IMG/VR virus record: IMGVR_UViG_2772190776_000003
Span: 1 to 64,000 of that record
Reading direction: 5' to 3' (one strand)
DNA: 64,000 nt
Source of the DNA: a virus
Lineage: Duplodnaviria > Caudoviricetes
Position 1 is the first letter of the stretch. The number at the start of each line of letters is the position of its first letter. The position numbers and the translations under genes were made by a program. The notes under the pieces were generated by a model, which saw only the letters and a list, made by a program, of their open reading frames with translations, did not search any database and was not told the origin of the DNA. Shown piece by piece: positions 28,842 through 37,314 of this stretch.

Positions 28842-29330
28842 ATGGATAAACTTCTCAATTACAAGGGTTATCACGGGTCGGTAGAATTTGATCTTAATGA
28901 AAAACATTTATTTGGAAAAATTCTCCATATTAATGATTTAGTAACTTACGAAGCCGAAACCGTTAGCGAACTTACTAATGAATTTAAAGCAGCTGTTGAT
29001 GATTATTTGGAAACCTGCAAGCAATTAGATAAATCACCTGACAAAGCATTCAGCGGTTCTTTCAATATTCGCACAACTGCTGAGGTTCATAAAAAATTAA
29101 GCATTATCGCCAGCGCCAAAGGTGAAAACCTTAATACTATTGCAAATTTAGCGTTAAAGAATTTTATTGACAGTAACGATGATAAATTAAAGCCTTCTAC
29201 AACTATTATTGTGCAGGTGCAACAACAAAAAAGCCTCAGCACTGCGACTGGCACAGGCCAAACCATATCTTGGAATAGCACAAGCATGACTGACGGAATG
29301 GCATTTAGAAATTTATCGACGGTGCAATAA
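28842..29330 (+). CDS. hicB: HicB antitoxin with C-terminal extension
   Basis: YKGYHGSV, AVDDYL and RHH FSGSFNIR motifs, then an S/T/Q-rich tail of about 45 aa. Confidence 0.9.
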   Translation: MDKLLNYKGYHGSVEFDLNEKHLFGKILHINDLVTYEAETVSELTNEFKAAVDDYLETCKQLDKSPDKAFSGSFNIRTTAEVHKKLSIIASAKGENLNTIANLALKNFIDSNDDKLKPSTTIIVQVQQQKSLSTATGTGQTISWNSTSMTDGMAFRNLSTVQ

Positions 29331-29331
29331 A

Positions 29332-29619
29332 ATGGCTGAAAAAAAAGATCCAACAATCAAATTCTCAATGACTGAAATTGGGAAATTATTGATTAGAGAA
29401 GCAAAATTTACAGAAGGCCGATATGAAGTAGCTGTAGGCTTTAAAGTAGGAGTTGGTGTGGTTGGACCGACAGAAAACGAAGCCCTTCCAGGTGCTATAA
29501 TAGGCGTTCAAGATATTGGCCTTTCCCGTGTAGCAGACGATGCTTCAGGACCAATGATTTTGGATGCCGCTGTAATATCTGCACAAAAAACTTCAAGAAA
29601 ATCAAAAAAATCTTCGTAG
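29332..29619 (+). CDS. Hypothetical protein, third gene of the hicAB operon
   Basis: 95 aa, starts 1 nt after the hicB stop, terminator follows. Confidence 0.8.
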   Translation: MAEKKDPTIKFSMTEIGKLLIREAKFTEGRYEVAVGFKVGVGVVGPTENEALPGAIIGVQDIGLSRVADDASGPMILDAAVISAQKTSRKSKKSS

Positions 29620-29622
29620 CAT

Positions 29623-29647
29623 AAGCCCGCCGCAAGCGGGCTTTTTT
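29623..29647 (+). terminator. Intrinsic terminator of the cI-hicAB-orf unit
   Basis: AAGCCCGC-CGCAA-GCGGGCTTTTTT. Confidence 0.85.
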
Positions 29648-29829
29648 ACGCCCTCACCCCCGCCGCTCCAACCACCTGGATCCTCATACCAGGCACAGAC
29701 CAGCAGCAATCCCACAGCCAGCATCACAAACACTGAAGTGGCCGTCCGCAGCCACTCCAGCACGGGACATGGCGCACAAAGCCCAAAGCTGTGTTCACCA
29801 GCATCCAAACGGCACAGCCATCCAACCTA

Positions 29830-29855
29830 CAGCCCACCACCCGGTGGGCTTTTTT
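29830..29855 (+). terminator. Repeated terminator, copy 1
   Basis: CAGCCCACCACCCGGTGGGCTTTTT. Confidence 0.8.
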
Positions 29856-29909
29856 ACGTATTCAAAACGCCAGCCCTGTAGCACGAATCCGACATTCCAG
29901 ACGAACGGC

Positions 29910-29971
29910 ATCGGTGCACCTATAAATTTATCGGGAAACCGCTTGCAATGAATAATCGGTTTGCCGATACT
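29910..29971 (+). promoter_or_regulatory. OL operators and PL promoter
   Basis: ATCGGTGCACCTAT, ATCGGGAAACCGCT and ATCGGTTTGCCGAT, with TTGCAA-17-GATACT at 29943-29971. Confidence 0.75.
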
Positions 29972-30054
29972 ATGCCCAACGCAGCAATGCGCTGGGCACC
30001 ACGGCATCGACCGGGCCAGCCCCGGTCTTTAACAAGAGAGTGGATAGGGAAGGG

Positions 30055-30435
30055 TTAGCCCGACATGACCTCTTGAATCATGCGCAGCGGCACAAACGCC
30101 GCCACAAAGGCAAACACCACCACCATGAATGCGCAGGTAAGGCACCACATCGTCAACAGCGAAAACTGAAGCAAGGTGACACGTGTGACCGGCTCTGACT
30201 GCGCGCTTGCATAAACCAGCCAACCCACAGAAAGGAGCCACATGAGCGCAAACCCCCATACCCGCGACTTGAACCACCTCCACCTTTGGATGATTGGATT
30301 GTCTGCCGCCTCTTGCGCCGCCTTGGCCGCACTGATCTGGGCACGCTGGTGCTTGGCAGAGTTGACGCAGGCCCAAGCCGTCAAGATTAGCGATGCAATC
30401 TGGATGCTGATTTCAATCCATTCCTTGGTAGTCAT
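30055..30435 (-). CDS. Small membrane protein, candidate superinfection exclusion
   Basis: Three hydrophobic segments, antisense within the PL operon. Confidence 0.6.
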   Translation of the reverse strand: MTTKEWIEISIQIASLILTAWACVNSAKHQRAQISAAKAAQEAADNPIIQRWRWFKSRVWGFALMWLLSVGWLVYASAQSEPVTRVTLLQFSLLTMWCLTCAFMVVVFAFVAAFVPLRMIQEVMSG

Positions 30436-30944
30436 TGTGATTGCCACACTCCTGCAAAGCAGACGCACGTAGCACCTGCATGACGGAGTCCCTCCTGTAA
30501 GAAGTTTGAATGTTGGATCCTCAAATGTATTGCAGAGAGCGGACTCCACCCTTACCGGCAACCTACCCGCCCTTTTCTATCCACTCTCGAAACTGTTGGA
30601 TAAAAGCACCAAAGCCAGCCGCTGCCGATAGCGCCTGCGACTGCGGAGCCTGCCCCGTACGCACTGGCAGCAACCAAAAAGTGCAAACCGCCCTCTCCCC
30701 ACCGCGAGGCCATGCCAAGTGCACCGTGCATGCCCTGTGACCGGTATAGAGGACGACTCCCAGGCCAACCCCGCTGCCCATATGCCAAGCAGCCGCGCTG
30801 GCCAGGACGCCCACCAGCCGTGGCGCGGTAACGGCTGGCCATGGTGCCCACGCTGCCGGGCTGGCGGCGGGGCACCGCAAACCCAAGCGTCTTGGCATCA
30901 GGACGTTTGGGTTTGAAAAAATGCTTCAAGTGAAGGAGACTGCC

Positions 30945-31223
30945 GTGCAGGACCAATTGACGCACTATCACGCCATGGATAGACAGGAACTTATACGTCT
31001 TGCTGGTGAGCAAGCCCTGCTGCGCCGAGAAGTAGAAGAACTTAGCGCACAAAAAAATCGAGATATGCAGGCACTACGCAACCTGCCTGCTCAAATCGGT
31101 TTTTCCAACAACTGGCATAGCGATGGAATAGCAATTCTTGATCGGCTGAAAGATGCTGAATCCAAGCTAGCGAATGGCTATGCACGCTTGCATGAGCTGT
31201 CAAAACTCACGGGCATCAAATAA
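30945..31223 (+). CDS. Hypothetical coiled-coil protein
   Basis: AAGGAG RBS before GTG, terminator follows. Confidence 0.6.
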   Translation: MQDQLTHYHAMDRQELIRLAGEQALLRREVEELSAQKNRDMQALRNLPAQIGFSNNWHSDGIAILDRLKDAESKLANGYARLHELSKLTGIK

Positions 31224-31241
31224 CGCCTGACTGCCCTCCCC

Positions 31242-31268
31242 CAGCCCACCACCCGGTGGGCTTTTTTT
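31242..31268 (+). terminator. Repeated terminator, copy 2
   Basis: Identical to 29830. Confidence 0.8.
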
Positions 31269-31512
31269 CGCCCCTGCACAGGCTGCAGGGCCATGCAGCG
31301 AGTCTTTTTGCCACCTTGCGGGTGTCAGCCGCGCCAGCTTCCCTCTTGGCTGGCGTGGTGGTGAAAAGGCTCACCCCATGGCTAGCGCCCCAGTTTTCAA
31401 GCCGGGTTGTGGGCCCAACTCCTCCCACCTTCTCTCACTTCCCACGACACGCCAAGGCTGCAGGCTTTGCTTGGCACCGGCTTTCTTATTCCATGCGTCA
31501 CGGAGAAAGACC

Positions 31513-31848
31513 ATGCAAACCACCACCACCGAAGCTGCGCACCAGCGCATACGCGCCAACGCGCCTGAGTACTTTGGGTTCAGCGATGTGGAAGACCCCA
31601 CCATGTGGCTAGCCTTCTACCTAAACAACCTGGCAGACCAGGTAGCACTGAAACACCTGTACCAGACGCAAGACTTTGACGAAAGCACCACACACGCCCT
31701 GCACTTTGCCAGCGTGCTGGTCACCGACAAGGTGCGCGAAACAGCCAAAGAGTGCCAACGCTGCGGCCTGCTGCCATTTGCCTGGCATGGCACGCAGTAC
31801 TTTCGCCGCCACAGCGCAATGCTGGGGCCCGTACAGGCCGCCCACTGA
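31513..31848 (+). CDS. Hypothetical phage protein
   Basis: GGAGA RBS, phage-like codon usage. Confidence 0.6.
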   Translation: MQTTTTEAAHQRIRANAPEYFGFSDVEDPTMWLAFYLNNLADQVALKHLYQTQDFDESTTHALHFASVLVTDKVRETAKECQRCGLLPFAWHGTQYFRRHSAMLGPVQAAH

Positions 31849-31881
31849 GGTGGCTTTTTTACACCCCACAGGAGACCAGCC

Positions 31882-32139
31882 ATGCACCACCTCCCCGGCC
31901 GCCTGACTTTGCCCCGTGTGTCCGTGTTAAGCCCTGCGTTTCGCTACACCAGCGCCGCCGCCACCAACGTGGCCGAAACCATCGAGCGCGAGCGCCGCCT
32001 GCAGGCCCAAGAGCAAGCCCGGCAACGCAGTGGCAGCCACGCCGCCCAGCACACGCTGCCCGGCATACCCAGCCAGAACCGCCCCACGCGCCTGGTCGCA
32101 GGGCTGGGCCACAAAGTCATTGAACTGCCCTCTTTGTGA
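31882..32139 (+). CDS. Hypothetical phage protein
   Basis: AGGAG RBS, FRYTSAAATNVAET motif. Confidence 0.6.
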   Translation: MHHLPGRLTLPRVSVLSPAFRYTSAAATNVAETIERERRLQAQEQARQRSGSHAAQHTLPGIPSQNRPTRLVAGLGHKVIELPSL

Positions 32140-32150
32140 TTGGAGAGCAC

Positions 32151-32315
32151 ATGCAACCCCGCGCCTACCATGTTCAAGTTGTCACACCCCAGGGCCGCAG
32201 CGCATACATCACCCTGGCAAACGGCGGCTGCACCGCAGTTGCCCACGCCATGCAGCACTTCCCAAGCGCCCGCCGCATCAGCGCCAAGCCCGTGCGAACC
32301 AGCTCCGCTGGATGA
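32151..32315 (+). CDS. Small hypothetical protein (54 aa, not in the ORF track)
   Basis: GGAGA RBS, reads MQPRAYHVQVVTPQGRSAYITLA...ISAKPV. Confidence 0.45.
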   Translation: MQPRAYHVQVVTPQGRSAYITLANGGCTAVAHAMQHFPSARRISAKPVRTSSAG

Positions 32316-32490
32316 ACTGCTGCACCAGCTGCGCGCCCACGACCTGCGGCGCAAGCAGATTCTGAACGCTATCGAAACCAAAGCAGCCAGCGCACGACCT
32401 GCCTTTGCATCACTTCAAAACTATTTTGAAAGCGAGCAACGGCGTGCGCTAGGCGCTCTGAAATTTGCACACCGCAAGCTGCACCTATGA
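32170..32490 (+). CDS. Hypothetical protein (start uncertain)
   Basis: Stop overlaps the next ATG (ATGA). Confidence 0.35.
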   Translation: MFKLSHPRAAAHTSPWQTAAAPQLPTPCSTSQAPAASAPSPCEPAPLDELLHQLRAHDLRRKQILNAIETKAASARPAFASLQNYFESEQRRALGALKFAHRKLHL

Positions 32491-33200
32491 CCACCACCAA
32501 ACCCCACGGCTACTGGCAGCGCAATGCCCAGCTGCTGCGCGACCAGGCCAAAACCATGACCTGCAAAGAGCTGGCCACAGCGCACCACGCCACGCCCAAA
32601 CAGATCCGGCACCAGCTGCACCTGCTCAAAACCACCTGCAAAAGCGCCAAGCTGGCGCGCTATGAGCACCTGAGCGAGCTGTGCAAAAAGCAGCTGTCTG
32701 TGCGGCAGATTGCAGAGCTTGAGGGCAAGACCACATCTGCCATCTACCAGGAGCTCAAGCTGCACGGCCTGAGCACCATCAACACCCAGCTGCGCTGGAC
32801 AGAAGCCGCCATTGCAGAGCTGACCGAGCAGGCCAAGACACGCACCGCCGCAGAGCTGGCTGCCCTGCGCCAGTTTGAGCTGAAGTACATGTACAAGCTG
32901 CTGCGCCGCTTTGGCATCAAAACGCGCCCACACCGCACCGTGGTGCCGCGCTCCCCAAAGCCCAAGGCGGCACCCAAGCAGCGCACCGCTGCCGCATACA
33001 CGCCCGTGCTGCGCAAGCCAGCGCAGCCGGCCTATGCACTGCCACAGCCCAAGCCCCAGCCAGAAATCATCTGGCCCACCCATGTGCAAGTGCAGCGCAT
33101 TGCCACCTGCATACCTGCCAACGCCCCGCTATGCACCAGCACCAGCCGCAAACCACTGGTACTGGGCAAAAACTTCTGCAACGGCCCACGGGCCATCTAA
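32487..33200 (+). CDS. Multi-HTH-like phage protein
   Basis: Repeated HTH-like units (SVRQIAELEGKT, TAAELAAL) and a Pro-rich tail. Confidence 0.6.
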   Translation: MTTTKPHGYWQRNAQLLRDQAKTMTCKELATAHHATPKQIRHQLHLLKTTCKSAKLARYEHLSELCKKQLSVRQIAELEGKTTSAIYQELKLHGLSTINTQLRWTEAAIAELTEQAKTRTAAELAALRQFELKYMYKLLRRFGIKTRPHRTVVPRSPKPKAAPKQRTAAAYTPVLRKPAQPAYALPQPKPQPEIIWPTHVQVQRIATCIPANAPLCTSTSRKPLVLGKNFCNGPRAI

Positions 33201-33212
33201 CGCACACACACC

Positions 33213-33941
33213 ATGCACCAGACACACAAGCTCACCCCCGTCCTGCTGGGCATTACCGGCCTGGCCAACGCAGGCAAAGACACACTGGCCCAGCTGCTGG
33301 CCACCCACTGCGGCGCCCGCACCATGGCCTTTAGTGACGGCATTTATGCCGAAGTAGCAGAAGCCTTTGACTGCACCATCACCGACCTTGCCCTGCGCAA
33401 CACCAAGGAACAGCCCCAGCCCTGGCTGGCACTGGTGCACTGCCGTGACGTGGCCTTTGTGCAGCGCATACAGGATCACTGTGCCGCCCAAGGACACGCG
33501 CTGGACCTGATGGCAGCACGCAGCCCCCGCACCATTTTGGAATGGTGGGGCACTGAATACCGCCGCCACCAGAACCCCGCCTACTGGGTCAACACCGTGC
33601 GCCAGCGCATCCAGCGCCTGCGCAGCGTGGGCTGCAAGATGCCCATAGTGATCAGCGACGTGCGCAAGCCAGACGAAGCCGCCATGCTGCGCGAGCTGGG
33701 CGGCCACCTGTGGCGCATCACCCGCCCCGGCAGCGAAGTGCAGACCGGCCACGCCACATCCACCACCGGCCAGGAATTTGCACCAGACCTCACCCTCATC
33801 AACTGCCACGACATTGCGCACCTGCAGGGGCTGGCGCTGGTGCATTGGGGGGAGTTGGTGCAAAAAGCCCACACAAACAAACCAAGACATAGAGTCGTTG
33901 AAGCAGCTTCATCCGATAGCATCGGAGAACAGCTTCACTAA
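33213..33941 (+). CDS. Deoxynucleotide monophosphate kinase family protein
   Basis: GITGLANAGKDT P-loop, SPRTILEWWGTE, ISDVR. Confidence 0.85.
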   Translation: MHQTHKLTPVLLGITGLANAGKDTLAQLLATHCGARTMAFSDGIYAEVAEAFDCTITDLALRNTKEQPQPWLALVHCRDVAFVQRIQDHCAAQGHALDLMAARSPRTILEWWGTEYRRHQNPAYWVNTVRQRIQRLRSVGCKMPIVISDVRKPDEAAMLRELGGHLWRITRPGSEVQTGHATSTTGQEFAPDLTLINCHDIAHLQGLALVHWGELVQKAHTNKPRHRVVEAASSDSIGEQLH

Positions 33942-34006
33942 TCAGGACAACACAAACAAGTGAGCAAATGGCGTTAACCGCCGCCACCGCTGGGAGAAAC
34001 ATACAA

Positions 34007-34765
34007 ATGACCACCGTCAGCCGCATTGAATGGACAGAGCGAACATGGAACCCTACTGTCGGGTGCACCAAAATCTCGCCCGGCTGCAAGCACTGCTATG
34101 CAGAAGCAATGTCATACCGTCTGAAGGCCATGGGCACCCCAGGCTATGAAAACGGCTTCGCCCTCACCCTGCTGCCAAGCCGCTTACAAGACCCCATTGA
34201 GCGCAAAAAGCCCACCGTCTACTTCGTCAACTCCATGTCGGATCTGTTTCACGACAAGGTGCCAGACGAATATATAGAGCGCGTCTTTCAAGTCATTGAG
34301 CAAACACCGCAGCACACCTACCAAATCCTCACCAAACGCGCTGCCCGCATGGCCCGCTTCTTCAAAAAGCGCAGTGTGCCTAGTAACGCATGGATGGGTG
34401 TCTCGGTAGAAGACAAAAAATACGGTGTTCCGCGCATCAAGCACCTGCGCAAAGTGCCCGCCAGCATCCGCTTTCTGTCGGTTGAGCCATTGCTGGAAGA
34501 CGTAGGCCAGCTTGACTTGGCAGACATCCATTGGGTCATCGTTGGTGGTGAATCAGGCCCCAAAGCCCGCCCCATGGAAAAAGCTTGGGCACTCTCCGTT
34601 CAGCAACAGTGCGAGGACCAAAACGTTGCCTTCTTCTTCAAGCAATGGGGCGGCTGGGGAGTTGACGGTAAAAAGCGCGCTAAGGCGGCCAATGGCCGCG
34701 AACTGAACGGCCGCACATGGGACGAAATGCCCGATGGCGTAGCAAATCGCATTAGCCCTGTCTAG
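34007..34765 (+). CDS. DUF5131 (Gp37/Gp68) radical-SAM-like protein
   Basis: IEWT, GCTKISPGCKHCYA, NSMSDLFH, GGESG, FFKQWG. Confidence 0.92.
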   Translation: MTTVSRIEWTERTWNPTVGCTKISPGCKHCYAEAMSYRLKAMGTPGYENGFALTLLPSRLQDPIERKKPTVYFVNSMSDLFHDKVPDEYIERVFQVIEQTPQHTYQILTKRAARMARFFKKRSVPSNAWMGVSVEDKKYGVPRIKHLRKVPASIRFLSVEPLLEDVGQLDLADIHWVIVGGESGPKARPMEKAWALSVQQQCEDQNVAFFFKQWGGWGVDGKKRAKAANGRELNGRTWDEMPDGVANRISPV

Positions 34766-34858
34766 CTGTTTGATCGTACAGCTTGATACTTCTGGCACTG
34801 TCATGCAGAGTAATAAGCCCCCGGCTTAAATCTGGCAGCAATTGCTGCCACGCACTGC

Positions 34859-36124
34859 ATGACAAAAAAGCACTACGAATGGGTATTGGGAGGCACTCCA
34901 CCACAAATTTTGCGCCACAGCCAGGTCAAACACGACCTGCTGCGCGACTATCTTGTGGATTATTTTTTAACCCTGGTCACAGCACCCGGGCAAGAGCGCG
35001 TACAGCTAACCATTGTTGACGGCTTCTGCGGCGGTGGACTTTACCGCGACGTAGCAGGCCGTGAAGTACCCGGCTCACCCATCGTTATTCTGCAGGCGAT
35101 TAAAGAGGCACAAGCCCGCGTCATGCTGGAAATGCAAAGGCATAAGCCTATCGACTTTGACGTCAAACTGATCTGCATCGACATCGATGAATCCGCCATA
35201 GCCCATCTGCGCTATGTGCTTGACGGTCATGGTTATGGCGACAAGCTGCGCTCAGGCGCCATCGAAACCCTCACGGGTGACTTTTACGAGCTCAGCGAAC
35301 CTGTGATCAATGAAGTAGCACGCCGCTCACCCCGTGCAGGGCGCGCCATATTCATTCTGGATCAATACGGTTATGACAAGGTACCACTGGCCACCATCAA
35401 CACTATTTTCAAAAAGTTCAAAGGAGCCGAAGTTATTCTCAACTTCAACGTCGACTCTCTCATTAACTTCTTGAACCCCAAGAATTTGAGTGACTTTGAA
35501 CGCAAGACAGGCATCACAGATGCTGTGCCTGCTGATCTGCTGGATAAAGAAACACGCCTGCCTGGCTACCGCCGTACTGTTCAAAGCAATTTGCACCAGC
35601 GCATCATTCAAGGTTCAGGGGCCAAATATTTCACACCGTTTTTTATCCGCCCTGAACGCGGTCATGGGGATTACTGGTTGCTGCACCTGTCACAACACGC
35701 TAAAGCACGCGATGTGATGGCAACTACACATTGGAAATACAACAATCATTTTTCACACCATGGAGGTGCAGGATTTGATATGTTCAGCACTGGCTATGCT
35801 GCAAAAATTGATGATCAAGACAAAATTCAAAGAGGATTTTTGTTCGATGACCTAGCCGAAAAAATAAGCATCGAAACCATGCTGGAGCAAATTCCACGCT
35901 ATCTGGCTGAAGCCAAAGAAGGCATCAGCTTTGAAGCCTTCTTTGCACAGAGAATCAACTCAACACCAGCAACCAAAGCCATGGTTGAAAAAACAGTACT
36001 TCAATTGGCTCATGCAAATGAAATTGTGATTACTGATGAAAATGGAAAAATACGCAGCCCAAGAGTCGCAATTAAATCCACTGATTTAATAAAGCCATAT
36101 CCTCAAAAATTATTTTCATTTTAA
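34859..36124 (+). CDS. tcmP: Three-Cys-motif partner protein (SAM-dependent methyltransferase fold)
   Basis: VDGFCGGG, GSP and LDQYGY motifs, adjacent to DUF5131. Confidence 0.85.
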   Translation: MTKKHYEWVLGGTPPQILRHSQVKHDLLRDYLVDYFLTLVTAPGQERVQLTIVDGFCGGGLYRDVAGREVPGSPIVILQAIKEAQARVMLEMQRHKPIDFDVKLICIDIDESAIAHLRYVLDGHGYGDKLRSGAIETLTGDFYELSEPVINEVARRSPRAGRAIFILDQYGYDKVPLATINTIFKKFKGAEVILNFNVDSLINFLNPKNLSDFERKTGITDAVPADLLDKETRLPGYRRTVQSNLHQRIIQGSGAKYFTPFFIRPERGHGDYWLLHLSQHAKARDVMATTHWKYNNHFSHHGGAGFDMFSTGYAAKIDDQDKIQRGFLFDDLAEKISIETMLEQIPRYLAEAKEGISFEAFFAQRINSTPATKAMVEKTVLQLAHANEIVITDENGKIRSPRVAIKSTDLIKPYPQKLFSF

Positions 36125-36129
36125 AACAA

Positions 36130-36981
36130 TCATTCCTCTTCCATTCCATACCAGCTTGTCGTATCAACCACGAGTGAATAAGGCTTCATTTCTATTTTAT
36201 TTGGCGCTTCAAAAGAAGCTGTAAAGATACAGGAAACTGGATATGAACAACTGATAGTACAAGGATCATCTCTTGACCCATAATATTGATCCACTGAAAC
36301 TGAACCAGTAGCATGGTACTCAATATAGAGTGGCAGGAATTTCACTTCGACCTCACCACCATAGAAACCATCTATTGAATGAGACTGAGCAATTTCATCC
36401 AGTGAAGCTTGTGTTTCATTTGCAAACATGGACATAATTTCATCATGCGCTTTAGCCTCAACTGATTGAGAGAGCTCATTTTTTATATCGTATGCAGAAC
36501 TTATAACATTTAATAAACTCTGCATAGATCCAAGGACTAAGCTTCTATATTTATCATCAGGAACATCAATAGTTCCTTCGGATAAATGAACATATTTGCT
36601 CAAATCACCAAATTTCTTATTCAAATCTTTTGCAATATCATCTACATCAATTTCAAATTTATCAGAAAAATATGCAGAATCAAACCCTCCATGCAAAAAA
36701 TATCTTATTCTTTGCAATCTAGTTATGCCGTTCTTCGAAGTTTCATCTGCAACAAACCAACTGCACGCTCTCAAATCATCATCAGCAGCGCTTAAATGAA
36801 AAAATTTAGTCAGTATTTCTCTAAATACAAGCGTAAAATAAGCTGCTCTTAATAATCCATCTTTTTCATTTGCAAGTCTCTCAGATTCATCTAGCAAACG
36901 GCAAAGCAGCTCATTATCTAAAAGCTCTTTAATTCTATTTACTGTCGCTCTTACGCTCTCTTCAAAGCTGATAGCACTCAT
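36130..36981 (-). CDS. Predicted pPIWI-associating nuclease-like protein
   Basis: REIL...CSWF...TRLQR..Y..HGG...LSKYVH, with C-terminal LDEIAQSH domain. AT-rich. Confidence 0.6.
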   Translation of the reverse strand: MSAISFEESVRATVNRIKELLDNELLCRLLDESERLANEKDGLLRAAYFTLVFREILTKFFHLSAADDDLRACSWFVADETSKNGITRLQRIRYFLHGGFDSAYFSDKFEIDVDDIAKDLNKKFGDLSKYVHLSEGTIDVPDDKYRSLVLGSMQSLLNVISSAYDIKNELSQSVEAKAHDEIMSMFANETQASLDEIAQSHSIDGFYGGEVEVKFLPLYIEYHATGSVSVDQYYGSRDDPCTISCSYPVSCIFTASFEAPNKIEMKPYSLVVDTTSWYGMEEE

Positions 36982-37066
36982 AGTTTTATCTCCAAAATTT
37001 CAGAGCGTACTGTAACAAAACAACACAAGTCGCATAAAGCGACTAGATGCCTTACACTACACCCCG

Positions 37067-37314
37067 TCACGCCCGTAAAGCGTGATCAGGGTTGGAAGCC
37101 TGTAATACCGCTTGCGGCGACAAAGCCGCACCTCGCTACCGCAGTTGTGCGGCTTTGTCGTCTGTGGCCCCAGTTTTATGGTGGCTCGGAGGGGGAGCCG
37201 CAAGGCTCGCCGGTTCGCGCAAGCGGTCCCGGTCTTCCAACCCCTTCGAGTCACCGCCATTCGGTTGGAAGCGAAGGCGGTGGTTGTAGCAAATATGACC
37301 GCAAGGAGGCCGCC
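37067..37314 (+). ncRNA. C4-type antisense RNA and target leader upstream of the BRO antirepressor
   Basis: TCACGCCCGTAAAGCGTGA hairpin. GGGTTGGAAG and ACCGCTTGCG are complementary to CTTCCAACCC and CGCAAGCGGT. Confidence 0.75.

Noticed and set aside
37147-37314. Upstream extensions of the bro ORF (and of rha, 15745-15930)
   Set aside because: They are better explained as C4 RNA leaders, and strong SD sites support the downstream starts. A small icd/ash-like peptide is not excluded.
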